From Acidimicrobiales bacterium (GTDB lineage: Bacteria; Actinomycetota; Acidimicrobiia; Acidimicrobiales; VFJN01), in the NCBI GenBank assembly GCA_035316325.1, contig DATHJB010000239.1, positions 2,512-66,511 on the forward strand: a DNA stretch of 64,000 bases. The letters run 5' to 3'. Shown here piece by piece: positions 1-9,692 of this stretch (position 1 is its first letter; each line of letters opens with the position of its first letter). The notes beneath the pieces are model-generated. The model was not told where the DNA came from, did not search any database, and saw only the letters and a program-made list of their open reading frames with translations. A program made the position numbers and the translations under genes.

Positions 1-1
1 C

Positions 2-409
2 GACTGGGGCCGCCAGATCGGCGCCTGCCCGGTGCTGGAGACCGCCCGGGTCGCCGCCCGCCAGGCCCCGGTGTTCGCCTACGAGCTGACCGAGGACAGC
101 GGCGAGGTCTACGAGGGCTTCCCGCTGGGCGCCTACCACAGCTGGGACCTGCCGTTCCTCTGGGACCTGTCGATCCCCGACAGCGCCTACCCCGAGCTGA
201 CGCCGAGCCAGCGGGCGCTGTCGGAGCGGATGGTCGGCCTCTGGACGACGTTCGCCCACACCGGCGACCCCAACGCCCGGGGCTCCGACGACTGGCCCCG
301 GTTCGACCCCGCCGTCGACAGCGTCCTCTCCCTGGCCGCCGGCGAAGGCGGAATCGCCCCCGCCCCGTTCGCCGCCCCCCACCAGTGCACCTTCTGGTCC
401 ACCCGCTGA
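2..409 (+). CDS. carboxylesterase/lipase (type B) family protein, C-terminal part; 5' end lies outside the window
   Basis: The frame is open to the window edge. The translated tail (...GAYHSWDLPFLW...LWTTFAHTGDPN...WPRF...) fits the conserved catalytic-His region and C-terminus of type-B carboxylesterases. Third codon positions are G/C-rich. Confidence 0.6.
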   Translation, partial: DWGRQIGACPVLETARVAARQAPVFAYELTEDSGEVYEGFPLGAYHSWDLPFLWDLSIPDSAYPELTPSQRALSERMVGLWTTFAHTGDPNARGSDDWPRFDPAVDSVLSLAAGEGGIAPAPFAAPHQCTFWSTR

Positions 410-430
410 CCCTCGCCCAGATGGTGAGGG

Positions 431-2053
431 TTGCCCCGGCCTGGGGTTGGTGGCGCCAGACTCTCGGGCGTGGATGGGTTCGAAGTGGTCCTCGTGGCCG
501 TGTTGGTGTCGGTGGCGGGGCTCAACGCGCTGGCGAGCCGGATCGGGGTTCCGTATCCGATCGTGCTGGTCCTCGGGGGCCTGGCGTTGGGGTTGGTGCC
601 GGGGCTGCCGGACGTCGAGCTGGAGCCCGACGTGGTGCTCCTCGTGTTCCTGCCGCCGTTGCTGTACGCCGCGGCGTTCTTCTCGGAGCCGCGGGCCCTC
701 CGCAGCTACGCCCGTGCCCTGGCGATGACCTCGGTGGGGCTGGTGCTGATCACGCTGGGGCTGGTGGCGGTGCTGGGCCATCTCGTGCTCGACCTGTCGT
801 GGCCGATGGCGTTCGCGTTGGGGGCGATCGTGTCGCCGACCGATCCGGCGGCGGCGACGGCGATCATGCGCCGCCTGGGCGCCCCCCGCCGGATCGTGAA
901 CCTGGTGGAGGGCGAGAGCCTGTTCAACGACGCCGCGGCCCTGGTCGCCTACCGGGTGGCGGTGGCGGCGGCGGTGGAGGGGGCGTTCTCGCTGTTCGAC
1001 GCCGGTGTGGAGTTCCTGCTGGCCGCCGTGGGCGGCGTGGCGCTGGGCCTGGGGGTCGGGTACGTGATCGGGGAGGTCCGACGCCGGCTCGACGACCCTC
1101 CGACCGAGATCACGCTCAGCCTGGCGGCGGGGTACCTGGCCTTCCTGCCCGCGGAGGAGCTGCACCTTTCGGGGGTGCTGGCCGTGGTGGCGGCGGGCCT
1201 GTACCTGGGGTGGCGGGCCCCGGACCTGGCCTCGCCGTCGACCCGCCTCCAGGCGTTCGCGGTCTGGGACGTGCTCACCTTCCTGCTCAACGCCACGCTG
1301 TTCGTGCTCATCGGGCTGCAGCTGCCGATGGTGGTCGACGGCCTCACCGGGCAGGGGTGGCTGGAGCTGGTCGGGTACGCCACGGCGGTGTGCGCGGCGG
1401 TGATCGGTGCCCGGTTCGTGTGGCTGTTCACCACGCCGTACCTCCTCCGGGCGATCGACCGGCGTCCGCGGCAGCGCGAGCTGCGGGTGGGTGCGGCGGA
1501 GCGGACGGTGGTGGCCTGGAGCGGTCTGCGGGGGGCTGTGACCCTGGCGACCGCGCTGGCGCTGCCCCTGGAGACCGACGCGGGCGCCGTGCTGCCGGGC
1601 CGCGACCTGATCGTGTTCGTCGCCTTCGCGGTGGTGCTGGTCACCGTGGTGGGCCAGGGGCTCACGCTGCCGGCGCTGATCCGGCGCCTCGGCGTGGCCG
1701 CGGACGGCCGTGAGGAGGAGCACGAGGAGCTGGTGGCCCGCCTGACGGCGAGCAAGGCGGCGCTCACCGAGCTGGAGGTGATGGCCGACGAGGGATGGGC
1801 GGGCGACGAGACCCTGGAGCGGTCCCGGCAGTACTACGAGCAGCGCAAGCGACGCTTCGCGGCCCAGGCCGGCAAGATCGAGGACGACGGCTACGAGGTC
1901 GCGTCGCAGGTTCGCCAGCAGGTTCTGCGGCGCCTCTTCCAGGCCGAGCGCCGGTCGATCGTCGAGCTCCGCAACACGGGTGAGATCAGCAACGACGTGA
2001 TGCACCGCCTCGAGCGCGAGCTCGACCTCGAGGAGTCCTACCTCGAGCAGTAG
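431..2053 (+). CDS. Na+/H+ antiporter, CPA1 (NhaP-type) family
   Basis: 540-aa polytopic membrane ORF with a soluble C-terminal tail ending ...GEISNDVMHRLERELDLEE, typical of bacterial CPA1 exchangers. The ORF-track start is TTG 431. The in-frame GTG at 470 is equally plausible. Confidence 0.85.
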   Translation: MPRPGVGGARLSGVDGFEVVLVAVLVSVAGLNALASRIGVPYPIVLVLGGLALGLVPGLPDVELEPDVVLLVFLPPLLYAAAFFSEPRALRSYARALAMTSVGLVLITLGLVAVLGHLVLDLSWPMAFALGAIVSPTDPAAATAIMRRLGAPRRIVNLVEGESLFNDAAALVAYRVAVAAAVEGAFSLFDAGVEFLLAAVGGVALGLGVGYVIGEVRRRLDDPPTEITLSLAAGYLAFLPAEELHLSGVLAVVAAGLYLGWRAPDLASPSTRLQAFAVWDVLTFLLNATLFVLIGLQLPMVVDGLTGQGWLELVGYATAVCAAVIGARFVWLFTTPYLLRAIDRRPRQRELRVGAAERTVVAWSGLRGAVTLATALALPLETDAGAVLPGRDLIVFVAFAVVLVTVVGQGLTLPALIRRLGVAADGREEEHEELVARLTASKAALTELEVMADEGWAGDETLERSRQYYEQRKRRFAAQAGKIEDDGYEVASQVRQQVLRRLFQAERRSIVELRNTGEISNDVMHRLERELDLEESYLEQ

Positions 2054-2084
2054 GCGGCCGCTCCGGCGCGCCCGGCGACCCGAC

Positions 2085-2822
2085 GTGTCCCGGCCCGGCG
2101 CCTGCGACAGGATGAGCCACATGACGGGCGGCAGAGCGGTGGTGGTGACAGCGTTGGTCGTCCTGGTGGCGGCCTGCAGCAGTGGCGGCGACCCGGAGCC
2201 CGTCGACCTGATCGCCGAGATCGACGAAGGCGAAGACCTGGCGACCACCACCGACCTGCTGCTGGACGAGACCGCCGACGACCCCGAGGTCGCCACCCCC
2301 GACGGCCGGGCCGCGGCGCTCGCGGACGAGATCGCCGAGTCGGTCGAGCTGGCCGGCGAGCTGCTGCCGGAGGACCCCGCGGCGTTCGAGGAGGCCGCCG
2401 GCGGGTCGCCCACGTCGCGCTTCGTCCTCATCGGCAGCACTCTCGGCTACACCCGCGCCGCCCTCGACCGCATCGAGGACGACGGCGGCGACGCGGTTGC
2501 CACCGTGGCCTTCGCGCTGCGTCTCGGGTGGGACCTCGGCGACCGGCTGGATCCGGATGGCGACGGCCTCGGCTGGGTGGTGGACGACCCCGACGCGCTG
2601 TCGTCGGCCGATCGGGACGAGGTCACGGGCCTGCTCGCGGAGGGCGCCGACGACGACGCCGCCCGCCGGCTGCTCGACCTCGTCGACCCCCTGGGCGGAG
2701 CAGCCGTCGTCGACGCGACGGCAACCGAGCTGGCCTCGGTCGTGCCCGTCACCAACGAGCTCGACCTGCTGACGACGTTCCAGACGTCGTTCGACGCCGC
2801 CGCCGACCCCGACGGCAACTGA
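2085..2822 (+). CDS. hypothetical acidic lipoprotein
   Basis: Signal peptide plus lipobox (...LVVLVAAC/SSGG) with a D/E-rich mature part. No recognisable domain. Alternative start ATG 2112. Confidence 0.55.
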   Translation: MSRPGACDRMSHMTGGRAVVVTALVVLVAACSSGGDPEPVDLIAEIDEGEDLATTTDLLLDETADDPEVATPDGRAAALADEIAESVELAGELLPEDPAAFEEAAGGSPTSRFVLIGSTLGYTRAALDRIEDDGGDAVATVAFALRLGWDLGDRLDPDGDGLGWVVDDPDALSSADRDEVTGLLAEGADDDAARRLLDLVDPLGGAAVVDATATELASVVPVTNELDLLTTFQTSFDAAADPDGN

Positions 2823-2933
2823 ACCGACCGCCGCGCGGGTGTCGGGGTGCGGGTCGGGGGGTACTGACGCGGCCGGAGGTGGGCGAGTAGTAGCGACAGC
2901 CGGCGGGACCCAACCCCACAGTGAGGTCGAGTC

Positions 2934-5099
2934 GTGAGCCAGATCGCCAACTCCCCCTTCGACGTGACCGCGCCGGTGGCATCGCTCGCCGAGGGCGGCG
3001 GCCCCGTGACGCTGGTCGAGGGCCGCACGTTCGCCATCTCCGACCCGAGCGGCGACATCGCGTCGGACGTGGCCCAGGGCCTGTTCGTCCTGGACACCCG
3101 GGTCCTCTCCCGCTTCGAGCTGCGGGTGAACGGCGCTCCGCTGCAGACCCTGGCCATCGAGTCGCGGGAGCCGTACGCGGCCACGTTCGTGACGCTCGCC
3201 CAGGCCGCCCCCGGCCACGCCGACTCCGAGCTCACGGTCATGCGCCGCCGCCACGTCGGCAAGGGCATGCGCGACGACCTCGTCGTCACCAACTATGGCC
3301 TCGAAGTCGTCCCCATCACGGTCGAGGTGCACGTCGACGTGGACTTCGCCGACCTGTTCGCGGTGAAGGAGGGTCGGGTCGACGCCCACCGCCACCGCAG
3401 CGCCCACGTGCAGAACGGCACGATCTGGTTCGAGGACCACGGCGACTCGACCGACAAGCGGGTGACGATCAAGGCGACGGGCAACCCCACAGTCAAGGCC
3501 GGGCACCTGGTGTGGGAGGCCAAGCTGCAGCCGGGCGAGACCTGGCAGGCCTGCATGGGCTTCGTGGTCAGCGTCGACGGCGAGGAGATCGAGCCCCGCT
3601 TCCGCTGCGGCGGCGACGACGGCACCAGCGTCCCCGCCGAGCGCATGCGGGAGTGGCGCACCACGGTCCCCACCGTCGAGACCGACCACGTCGGCCTGGC
3701 CAGCGCGGTGCAGCGCTCCGACAGCGACCTCGGCGCCCTGCGCGTCTTCGACCCCGACCACCCCGACATGCCGATCCTGGCCGCCGGTGCGCCCTGGTTC
3801 ATGACGCCGTTCGGGCGGGACTCGCTGCTCACCGGGTGGATGGCCCTGATCGCCGACCACACGCTGGCTGAAGGGGTGCTGGAGACGCTGGCCCGCTTCC
3901 AGGGCCAGGACGCCAACCCCGAGACCGAGGAGGAGCCGGGCAAGATCCTCCACGAGATGCGCTTCCAGGGCGCCACCAGCTCGTCGCTCGACCAGGCCAC
4001 CGTCTACTACGGGTCGGTCGACTCGTCGGCGCTGTTCGTCATGCTGCTGGGCGAGCTGCTCCGCTGGGACCCCCGCAACGAGATGGGGGAGCGACTGGTG
4101 CCCCATGCCGACCGGGCCCTGGAGTGGATGGAGAACCACGGCGACCGCGACGGCGACGGGTACGTCGAGTACGCGCGGAGCACCGACAAGGGGCTGGGCA
4201 ACCAGGGATGGAAGGACTCGTGGGACTCGGTCCGCCACGCCGACGGCGAGCTGGCCCGCGCACCGATCGCCCTGTGCGAGGTGCAGGGGTACACCTACGC
4301 CGCCTACGTCGCCCGGGCCCGCATCGCCGAGTACGTCGGTGACGAGGCGACCCTCCAGCGCTACCGCGAGAAGGCCGACGAGCTGCGCCGGCGCTTCAAC
4401 GAGGACTTCTGGCTCGACGACCAGGGCACGTTCGCCCTGGCCCTGGACGGTGACAAGCGCCAGGTCGCCGCCGTCGCGTCGAACGTCGGCCACTGCCTGT
4501 GGACCGGGATCGTCGACCCGGAGAAGGCCCGGTCGGTGGCCGACCGGCTGGTGGCCGACGACATGTTCAGCGGCTGGGGCGTGCGGACCCTGTCGACGTC
4601 GATGCCGGCCTACAACCCGGCCAGCTACCACAACGGCTCGGTGTGGCCGCACGACAACGCCCTCTGCGCCCAGGGCCTGATGCGCTACGGCTTCGTCGAC
4701 CACGCCCACCGCGTCATCGGCGCCCAGCTCGACCTGGCGGCCCGGATCCCCGGGAGCCTGCCCGAGCTGTTCGCCGGCTACGCGCGCGGCGACGTCGCCG
4801 TCCCCGCCGCCTATCCGGCGGCCTGCTCACCCCAGGCGTGGGCGGCGGCCTCGCCACTGATGTGGCTGCGGACCATCCTGCGCCTCGACCCGATCGTGGC
4901 CCGGGGGCAGATGCACCTGGCGCCGGTCCTGCCGCCGGGGGTCGGCCGCCTGCACGTCGAGGGGATCAACATCGGCGACCGGCGGATCACCATCCACGTC
5001 GAGGGCGACGACGTGACCGTCGAGGGGGCCGAGGGCATCGAGATCCTCGTCGAGCCCCGCCCGCCGCTGTCGTCGCTGCTCGACCACGCCCCGAGCTGA
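2934..5099 (+). CDS. amylo-alpha-1,6-glucosidase / glycogen-debranching-enzyme-like protein (GDE_C type)
   Basis: 721-aa ORF with a GTG start. The blocks ...AAGAPWFMTPFGRDSLLTGWM..., ...GNQGWKDSWDSV..., ...ALCEVQGYTY... and ...GSVWPHDNA... are hallmarks of the bacterial/archaeal GDE (alpha/alpha)6-barrel family. Confidence 0.8.
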   Translation: MSQIANSPFDVTAPVASLAEGGGPVTLVEGRTFAISDPSGDIASDVAQGLFVLDTRVLSRFELRVNGAPLQTLAIESREPYAATFVTLAQAAPGHADSELTVMRRRHVGKGMRDDLVVTNYGLEVVPITVEVHVDVDFADLFAVKEGRVDAHRHRSAHVQNGTIWFEDHGDSTDKRVTIKATGNPTVKAGHLVWEAKLQPGETWQACMGFVVSVDGEEIEPRFRCGGDDGTSVPAERMREWRTTVPTVETDHVGLASAVQRSDSDLGALRVFDPDHPDMPILAAGAPWFMTPFGRDSLLTGWMALIADHTLAEGVLETLARFQGQDANPETEEEPGKILHEMRFQGATSSSLDQATVYYGSVDSSALFVMLLGELLRWDPRNEMGERLVPHADRALEWMENHGDRDGDGYVEYARSTDKGLGNQGWKDSWDSVRHADGELARAPIALCEVQGYTYAAYVARARIAEYVGDEATLQRYREKADELRRRFNEDFWLDDQGTFALALDGDKRQVAAVASNVGHCLWTGIVDPEKARSVADRLVADDMFSGWGVRTLSTSMPAYNPASYHNGSVWPHDNALCAQGLMRYGFVDHAHRVIGAQLDLAARIPGSLPELFAGYARGDVAVPAAYPAACSPQAWAAASPLMWLRTILRLDPIVARGQMHLAPVLPPGVGRLHVEGINIGDRRITIHVEGDDVTVEGAEGIEILVEPRPPLSSLLDHAPS

Positions 5100-5117
5100 C
5101 CCGGGTTGACCTCCGGC

Positions 5118-5831
5118 TCAGTTGAGCGGCGACCAGCTGCTGGTGCGGAGGAGCTTGCTCTCCCACTGGTCGCGGTAGCGCAGGCCGCCGTGCATGTAGG
5201 AGCCCGGCCAGGTGTCGGGGTCGTAGTCCTCGGGCTCGGTGATGAGGTTCAGCAGCAGGCCGTAGTTCAGGATCTTCTGCATGAGCACGGCCTCGGGTCG
5301 CCGGTGGGTGCCGTAGGCGACCTGGAAGCAGGCCTCGATGTCGAGGATCCGCCGGTCGGCCGGTGTCCGGCGCATCATCCGGAAGTAGTCGTGGTCCCAG
5401 AAGTCGACGTAGTCGTCGAGCGCCGCGGTGGGCCAGCCGGTGTCCTCCATGTAGAGCGACAGGTCGTGCTCGGCGCCGTCGACGGGCACGTCGGCCAGGT
5501 CGACGTCCTGCAGCGGCGACCACTCGACCGGCACCAGCATCTTGCCGTCGACGTGGTGGCGCATCTCGCCGACGGACCGTGACCAGTCGTGGAGGGCGCC
5601 GTCGGGTCGGGCCAGGGCCTCGGCGAGGCGCTGGTAGGCGTTGCCGTCGCGGATCGCGGTGACGGTGACCACGTTGTACGCCGGCCCGCTGCCGTGCGCC
5701 TGGTTGAGGTACCAGAGCAGCCGGGCGTCGTCGCCGGCGGCCAGCAGGGCCATCCACCCCTCCCGGTAGGCGGCCTCGAACTCGTCTTCCTTCTCGCCCA
5801 CCACGGCGTGGACCTCGTGCATGAACAGCAT
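5118..5831 (-). CDS. tandem NIPSNAP-like / dimeric alpha-beta-barrel-like protein (paralog 1)
   Basis: 237 aa starting at ATG 5831 (MLFMHEVH...). The longer 713-aa track ORF is an upstream shadow extension. It is about 45-50% identical to the product of 7333..8034, and both end ...SKLLRTxSWSPL. The start lies 2 nt after the ligase stop. The fold assignment comes from sequence pattern only. Confidence 0.65.
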   Translation of the reverse strand: MLFMHEVHAVVGEKEDEFEAAYREGWMALLAAGDDARLLWYLNQAHGSGPAYNVVTVTAIRDGNAYQRLAEALARPDGALHDWSRSVGEMRHHVDGKMLVPVEWSPLQDVDLADVPVDGAEHDLSLYMEDTGWPTAALDDYVDFWDHDYFRMMRRTPADRRILDIEACFQVAYGTHRRPEAVLMQKILNYGLLLNLITEPEDYDPDTWPGSYMHGGLRYRDQWESKLLRTSSWSPLN

Positions 5832-5833
5832 GG

Positions 5834-7336
5834 TCAGCGGGTCCCTTCGTGGCCGTGGCCGTCGGCGTCGCCGTGGCCGTCGATCACGGCGGCCAGCGCC
5901 GGGCGGCTGACCTTGCCGAGGTTGCTGTAGGGCAGGTCGTCGGCGAAGACGATCCGCTCGGGCAGCTTGAAGCGGGCCAGGCGCCGGGCGGCGAAGGTCC
6001 GGAGGTCGTCGGGGTCGAGCGCCCTGCCGTCCACCGTCACGACGACGGCGGCCACCCGCTGCCCCAGTTCGGGGTCGGGCACCCCGCACACGCCGGCGTC
6101 CCGCACGGCCGGGTGGCTGCGCAGCACCTCCTCCACCTCGATCGGCCCGAACTTCTCGCCGCCCCGGTTGATGGTGTCGGTCATGCGGCCGACGGGGTGG
6201 AGGTAGCCCTCGTCGTCGAGGGTGGCGAGGTCGCCGGTGCGCAGCCAGTCGGCGGTGACGTTCTGGGCGGCGCGCACCCACACCTGCCCGACGGTGCCGG
6301 CGGGGCAGTCCTGCTCGGTGGCCACGTCGACGATCCGCACCTCGACGCCCGGGAGCGGCGTGCCGGCCGAGCCGAGCTTCCGCCGGGCCCGGTGGTCGTC
6401 GGCACCCAGGGCGGCGTAGGCGCCGAGGGTCTCGGTCTGGCCGAACACGTTCATGAACTCGACGTGGGGCAGTGCGTCGAGGGCCCGCTCCACCAGCGCC
6501 ACCGGGGCCGCGGCGGCGCCGTAGCTGATCTGCTCCAGCGAGCCGAGGTCGCGGGCCGGGAAGTCGGGGTGGTCGAGGATGCGCTGGAGCATCGTGGGCA
6601 CCATGAAGGTGCGGGACACCCGGTGCCGCTCGACCGCCTCCAGCCAGGCGCCGGCGTCGAACCGGGGGAGCAGCACGATCGTCCGGCCCGAGTGCAGGCT
6701 GACCAGCAGCCCGAGCGTGCCGCCGATGTGGAAGATCGGCGCCGTCATCATGTCGACCACCGGCGGCGCGTCGGGCTCGACGGGCGCGGCGTAGTAGCGG
6801 AGGCGCACGTCGACCACGCCGTGGCCGATGGCGATCGGCTTGGGCAGGCCGGTGGTGCCGCTGGTGAACAGCACCAGGGCGTCGGCGTCCGCGTCGACGG
6901 CGGCGTCGGTGGCAGCGTCGGCATCGGGGGCCTCGGAGTCGTCCACGCCGGCGGCGATGTCGTCCTCGCCCAGCACGGCGGCGGCGCCGAGGGCGTCGGC
7001 CAGACCGGCCCGGAACGGCTCGCCGGCCACCCCGACCCGGGCGTCGACCGTCGTCACCAGCTTGCCCAACTCGTCCGGCGTGAGCAGCACGTTCATCTGC
7101 GCCGACGCGGCCCCGACGCGGGCGGCGGCCAGGATCGTGGCGACCGACAGGACGCTGCCGTTGTCCACCAGCGCCACCCGGTCGCCGGGCCCGACGCCAC
7201 GGGAGCGCAGGGCTGCGGCCACCCGGCGCACCCACCGCTCGAGCTCGGCGTAGCTGCACCGGCGGTCGCCGACGACCAGCGCGGTGCGCTCGGGCACCCG
7301 CTCGACCGCGGGCTCCAGGACCTGTCCGACGTTCAC
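5834..7336 (-). CDS. AMP-dependent synthetase/ligase (acyl-CoA synthetase-like, ANL superfamily)
   Basis: Motifs LFTSGTTGLPKP (A3), FGQTE (A5), TGDL...DEGYL and DTINRGGEKF (A8), with a terminal Lys region ...NLGKVSRP. The GTG start at 7336 overlaps the upstream stop (GTGA). The tail is His/Asp-rich. Confidence 0.9.
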   Translation of the reverse strand: MNVGQVLEPAVERVPERTALVVGDRRCSYAELERWVRRVAAALRSRGVGPGDRVALVDNGSVLSVATILAAARVGAASAQMNVLLTPDELGKLVTTVDARVGVAGEPFRAGLADALGAAAVLGEDDIAAGVDDSEAPDADAATDAAVDADADALVLFTSGTTGLPKPIAIGHGVVDVRLRYYAAPVEPDAPPVVDMMTAPIFHIGGTLGLLVSLHSGRTIVLLPRFDAGAWLEAVERHRVSRTFMVPTMLQRILDHPDFPARDLGSLEQISYGAAAAPVALVERALDALPHVEFMNVFGQTETLGAYAALGADDHRARRKLGSAGTPLPGVEVRIVDVATEQDCPAGTVGQVWVRAAQNVTADWLRTGDLATLDDEGYLHPVGRMTDTINRGGEKFGPIEVEEVLRSHPAVRDAGVCGVPDPELGQRVAAVVVTVDGRALDPDDLRTFAARRLARFKLPERIVFADDLPYSNLGKVSRPALAAVIDGHGDADGHGHEGTR

Positions 7337-8034
7337 GACAGCGGCGACCACGAGGCGGTCCGGAGCAGCTTGCTGCGCCAGCGGTCGCGGTACTGGAGGG
7401 CGTCGTGCATCCACGTGCCGGGGCGGCTCATCTCCGGCGGCATGTCGTGGGTCAGCAGGTGCACCAGCCCGGGCATGCTGTGCACCTTCTGCAGGAGCGT
7501 GACCTCGGGCCCGTGCCCCGCCCCGGGCATGGTCTGGTACGCCGCCTCGATGCGGAGCAGCACCTCGGCGTCGCTGTGGGCGCCGAGCATCTTGGTGTAG
7601 ATCGCGCCGGCGGCGGTGACGTACTCGTCGACCTTGCCCCGCTTGGGCCACATGGTGTCCTCCATGTAGAGGGTGGTGTCGTGGCGGCGGCCGTCGGTGG
7701 GGACGTCGGCCAGGTCGACGTCGAGCGGCGAGAACTCCAGCGGCATCAGCAGGCGGCCCTGCACGTCGTGCCGGCAGCCGTCCACCTCCCGGGCCCACGT
7801 GCGCAGGTCGCCCCGGTGGACCCGGTCGGCCAGGCGCTCCCACGCGGCGCCGTCGGCCAGCCCGGTGATGGTCACCGCCTGGTACGACGGCCCGGTGCCG
7901 TGGGCGTGGTGCAGGAACCACAGCAGGCGCGTGCCGTCGTCGTCGGCCAGCGCCGCCATCCACGCCCGGTAGGCGGCCTCGAACTCCTTCTCCTTCTGGC
8001 CCACCATGCGGTGGACCTCGTGGAGCACCAGCAT
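7333..8034 (-). CDS. tandem NIPSNAP-like / dimeric alpha-beta-barrel-like protein (paralog 2)
   Basis: Start set at ATG 8034 (MLVLHEVH...) by homology to paralog 1 and because a GAAGGGGG Shine-Dalgarno lies 6 nt upstream. The track start at 8064 adds 10 residues. The stop overlaps the ligase GTG start. Confidence 0.65.
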   Translation of the reverse strand: MLVLHEVHRMVGQKEKEFEAAYRAWMAALADDDGTRLLWFLHHAHGTGPSYQAVTITGLADGAAWERLADRVHRGDLRTWAREVDGCRHDVQGRLLMPLEFSPLDVDLADVPTDGRRHDTTLYMEDTMWPKRGKVDEYVTAAGAIYTKMLGAHSDAEVLLRIEAAYQTMPGAGHGPEVTLLQKVHSMPGLVHLLTHDMPPEMSRPGTWMHDALQYRDRWRSKLLRTASWSPLS

Positions 8035-8095
8035 CCGCGACCCCCTTCGACCGAGCACCCGCACCCACCTTAACTAACGTCGCTGTCACTTTCTC

Positions 8096-8127
8096 CCCCA
8101 CGGGCAGCTGGTCGGCAACCCGTGGGG
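8096..8127. terminator. intergenic hairpin (9-bp stem CCCCACGGG/CCCGTGGGG, 14-nt loop)
   Basis: Perfect inverted repeat read directly from the sequence. It lies between the pafA stop and the start of the downstream operon. There is no U-tract. Confidence 0.3.
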
Positions 8128-8163
8128 CGTCCAGCGACCGAAATGGTTGCCTCGTGCCGCCCC

Positions 8164-8259
8164 GAGTCATCTGTAGCCACCAACCCACAGTCGAGTCATT
8201 CGAAGTCGGAGACCGACCACGAACAACTCAAGAACAACCAAACGACCACAAACGACTCG
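8164..8259 (+). repeat. about 100-nt intergenic repeat, copy 1 (CA-rich, GAGTC/GACTC-rich)
   Basis: Collinear with 10696..10802. The shared blocks are GAGTCATCT, AGTCGAGTC, GTCGGAGACCGACCAC, ACTCAAG, CGACCAC and GACTCG, and their spacings are conserved. Confidence 0.6.
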
Positions 8260-8282
8260 CCAACCGACCTTGGAATCGCTGG

Positions 8283-9641
8283 CTAGAGACTGGCGATGAG
8301 GCGGTCGACCCGGTCGTCCTGGGAGCGGAAGGGGTCCTTGCACAACACGGTGCGTTGGGCCTGGTCGTTGAGCTTCAGGTGGACCCAGTCGACCGTGTAG
8401 TCGCGCTTGCGCTCCTTGGCGCGGCGGATGAACTCGCCCCGCAGGCGGGCCCGAGTGGTCTGGGGCGGCACCTCGACGGCTTCGTCGATCGCTTCGTCGT
8501 CGGTCACCCGCTCGACCAGGCCCCGCTCCTGCATCTTGTAGAAGAGGCCGCGCCGCCGGTCGATGTCGTGGTACTGCAGGTCGATCAGGGCCACCCGCGG
8601 GTCGGACAGCGGCAGCTCGTGCTTGGCGCAGTACGACTCGATCAGCTTGTGCTTGATCACCCAGTCGACCTCGCGGTCGAGCGTCAGGGGGTCATCCGCG
8701 AGGCGGGTGAGGCAGTGCTCCCACATCAGCAGGGCCTGGGACTCCAGCGGTGAGAGGTCGCGGGTCTCGGCGTAGCGCTGGGCCCGCTCCAGGTACTCGC
8801 TCTGGATGTCGAGCGCCGACACCTCGCGGCCGTTGGCCAGCCGGACCAGGCGCTTCATCGTCGGATCGTGGCTGATCTCGCGGATGGCCCGGATGGGGTT
8901 CTCGAGCGTCATGTCGCGCACCACGAACGTGGGGTCTTCGAGCATCCGCAGCAGGATCGACGTGGCGCCGACCTTGAGGAACGTCGTGTACTCGCTCATG
9001 TTCGAGTCGCCGACGATCACGTGGAGGCGCCGGTAGCGCTCGGCGTCGGCGTGGGGTTCGTCGCGGGTGTTGATGATCGGGCGGCTGCGGGTGGTGGCCG
9101 ACGAGACGCCTTCCCAGATGTGCTCGGCGCGCTGGGCGATGCAGTACATCGCGCCCCTCGCGGTCTGCAGCACCTTCCCGGCGCCGGCGTAGATCTGCCG
9201 GGAGACGAAGAACGGGATGAGGACCTCGGCGTAGTGGCCCAGGTCGTCCTGGCGGGAGGTGAGGTAGTTCTCGTGGCAGCCGTAGGAGTTCCCGGCGGAG
9301 TCGGTGTTGTTCTTGAACAGGTAGACGACGCCCCGGATGCCCTCGTCGCGCAGCTGCTGCGACGCCGCCACGAGGAGCTGCTCGAGGATGCGCTCGCCCG
9401 CCTTGTCGTGGGTGACGAGGTCGAGGATCGAATCGCACTCCGGCGTGGCGTACTCCGGGTGACTGCCGACGTCGAGGTACAGCCGCGCGCCGTTGGCGAG
9501 GAACACGTTGGAGCTGCGGCCCCACGACACCACCCGCCGGAACAGGTAGCGCGCCACCTCGTCGGGGCTCAGGCGCCGCTGCCCGCGCAACGTGAAGGTG
9601 ATCCCGTACTCGTTCTCGAGCCCGAAGATCCGCCGCTCCAT
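8283..9641 (-). CDS. pafA: Pup--protein ligase PafA
   Basis: 452 aa. The N-terminus [13 protein letters not shown]...[50 protein letters not shown] and the block ...[21 protein letters not shown] are near-identical to the conserved PafA signature. The length fits PafA rather than the longer Dop. Confidence 0.9.
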   Translation of the reverse strand: MERRIFGLENEYGITFTLRGQRRLSPDEVARYLFRRVVSWGRSSNVFLANGARLYLDVGSHPEYATPECDSILDLVTHDKAGERILEQLLVAASQQLRDEGIRGVVYLFKNNTDSAGNSYGCHENYLTSRQDDLGHYAEVLIPFFVSRQIYAGAGKVLQTARGAMYCIAQRAEHIWEGVSSATTRSRPIINTRDEPHADAERYRRLHVIVGDSNMSEYTTFLKVGATSILLRMLEDPTFVVRDMTLENPIRAIREISHDPTMKRLVRLANGREVSALDIQSEYLERAQRYAETRDLSPLESQALLMWEHCLTRLADDPLTLDREVDWVIKHKLIESYCAKHELPLSDPRVALIDLQYHDIDRRRGLFYKMQERGLVERVTDDEAIDEAVEVPPQTTRARLRGEFIRRAKERKRDYTVDWVHLKLNDQAQRTVLCKDPFRSQDDRVDRLIASL

Positions 9642-9692
9642 GAACGCAACCTACCGCCGCTCGCGGCGCTCCCTCGGGACTAGTGCGCGTCT

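Noticed and set aside
385-1713. 442-aa plus-strand ORF overlapping the antiporter in another frame
   Set aside because: The translation is a Gly/Arg/Pro/Ala repeat-like stretch. The antiporter frame (431..2053) has clear membrane-protein character.
1986-4709. 907-aa minus-strand ORF antisense to the lipoprotein and GDE-like genes
   Set aside because: The translation is Arg/Gly/Val/His/Pro-rich and low in complexity, with no motif. It lies entirely opposite ORFs that carry strong family signatures. It is a typical shadow ORF of GC-rich DNA.
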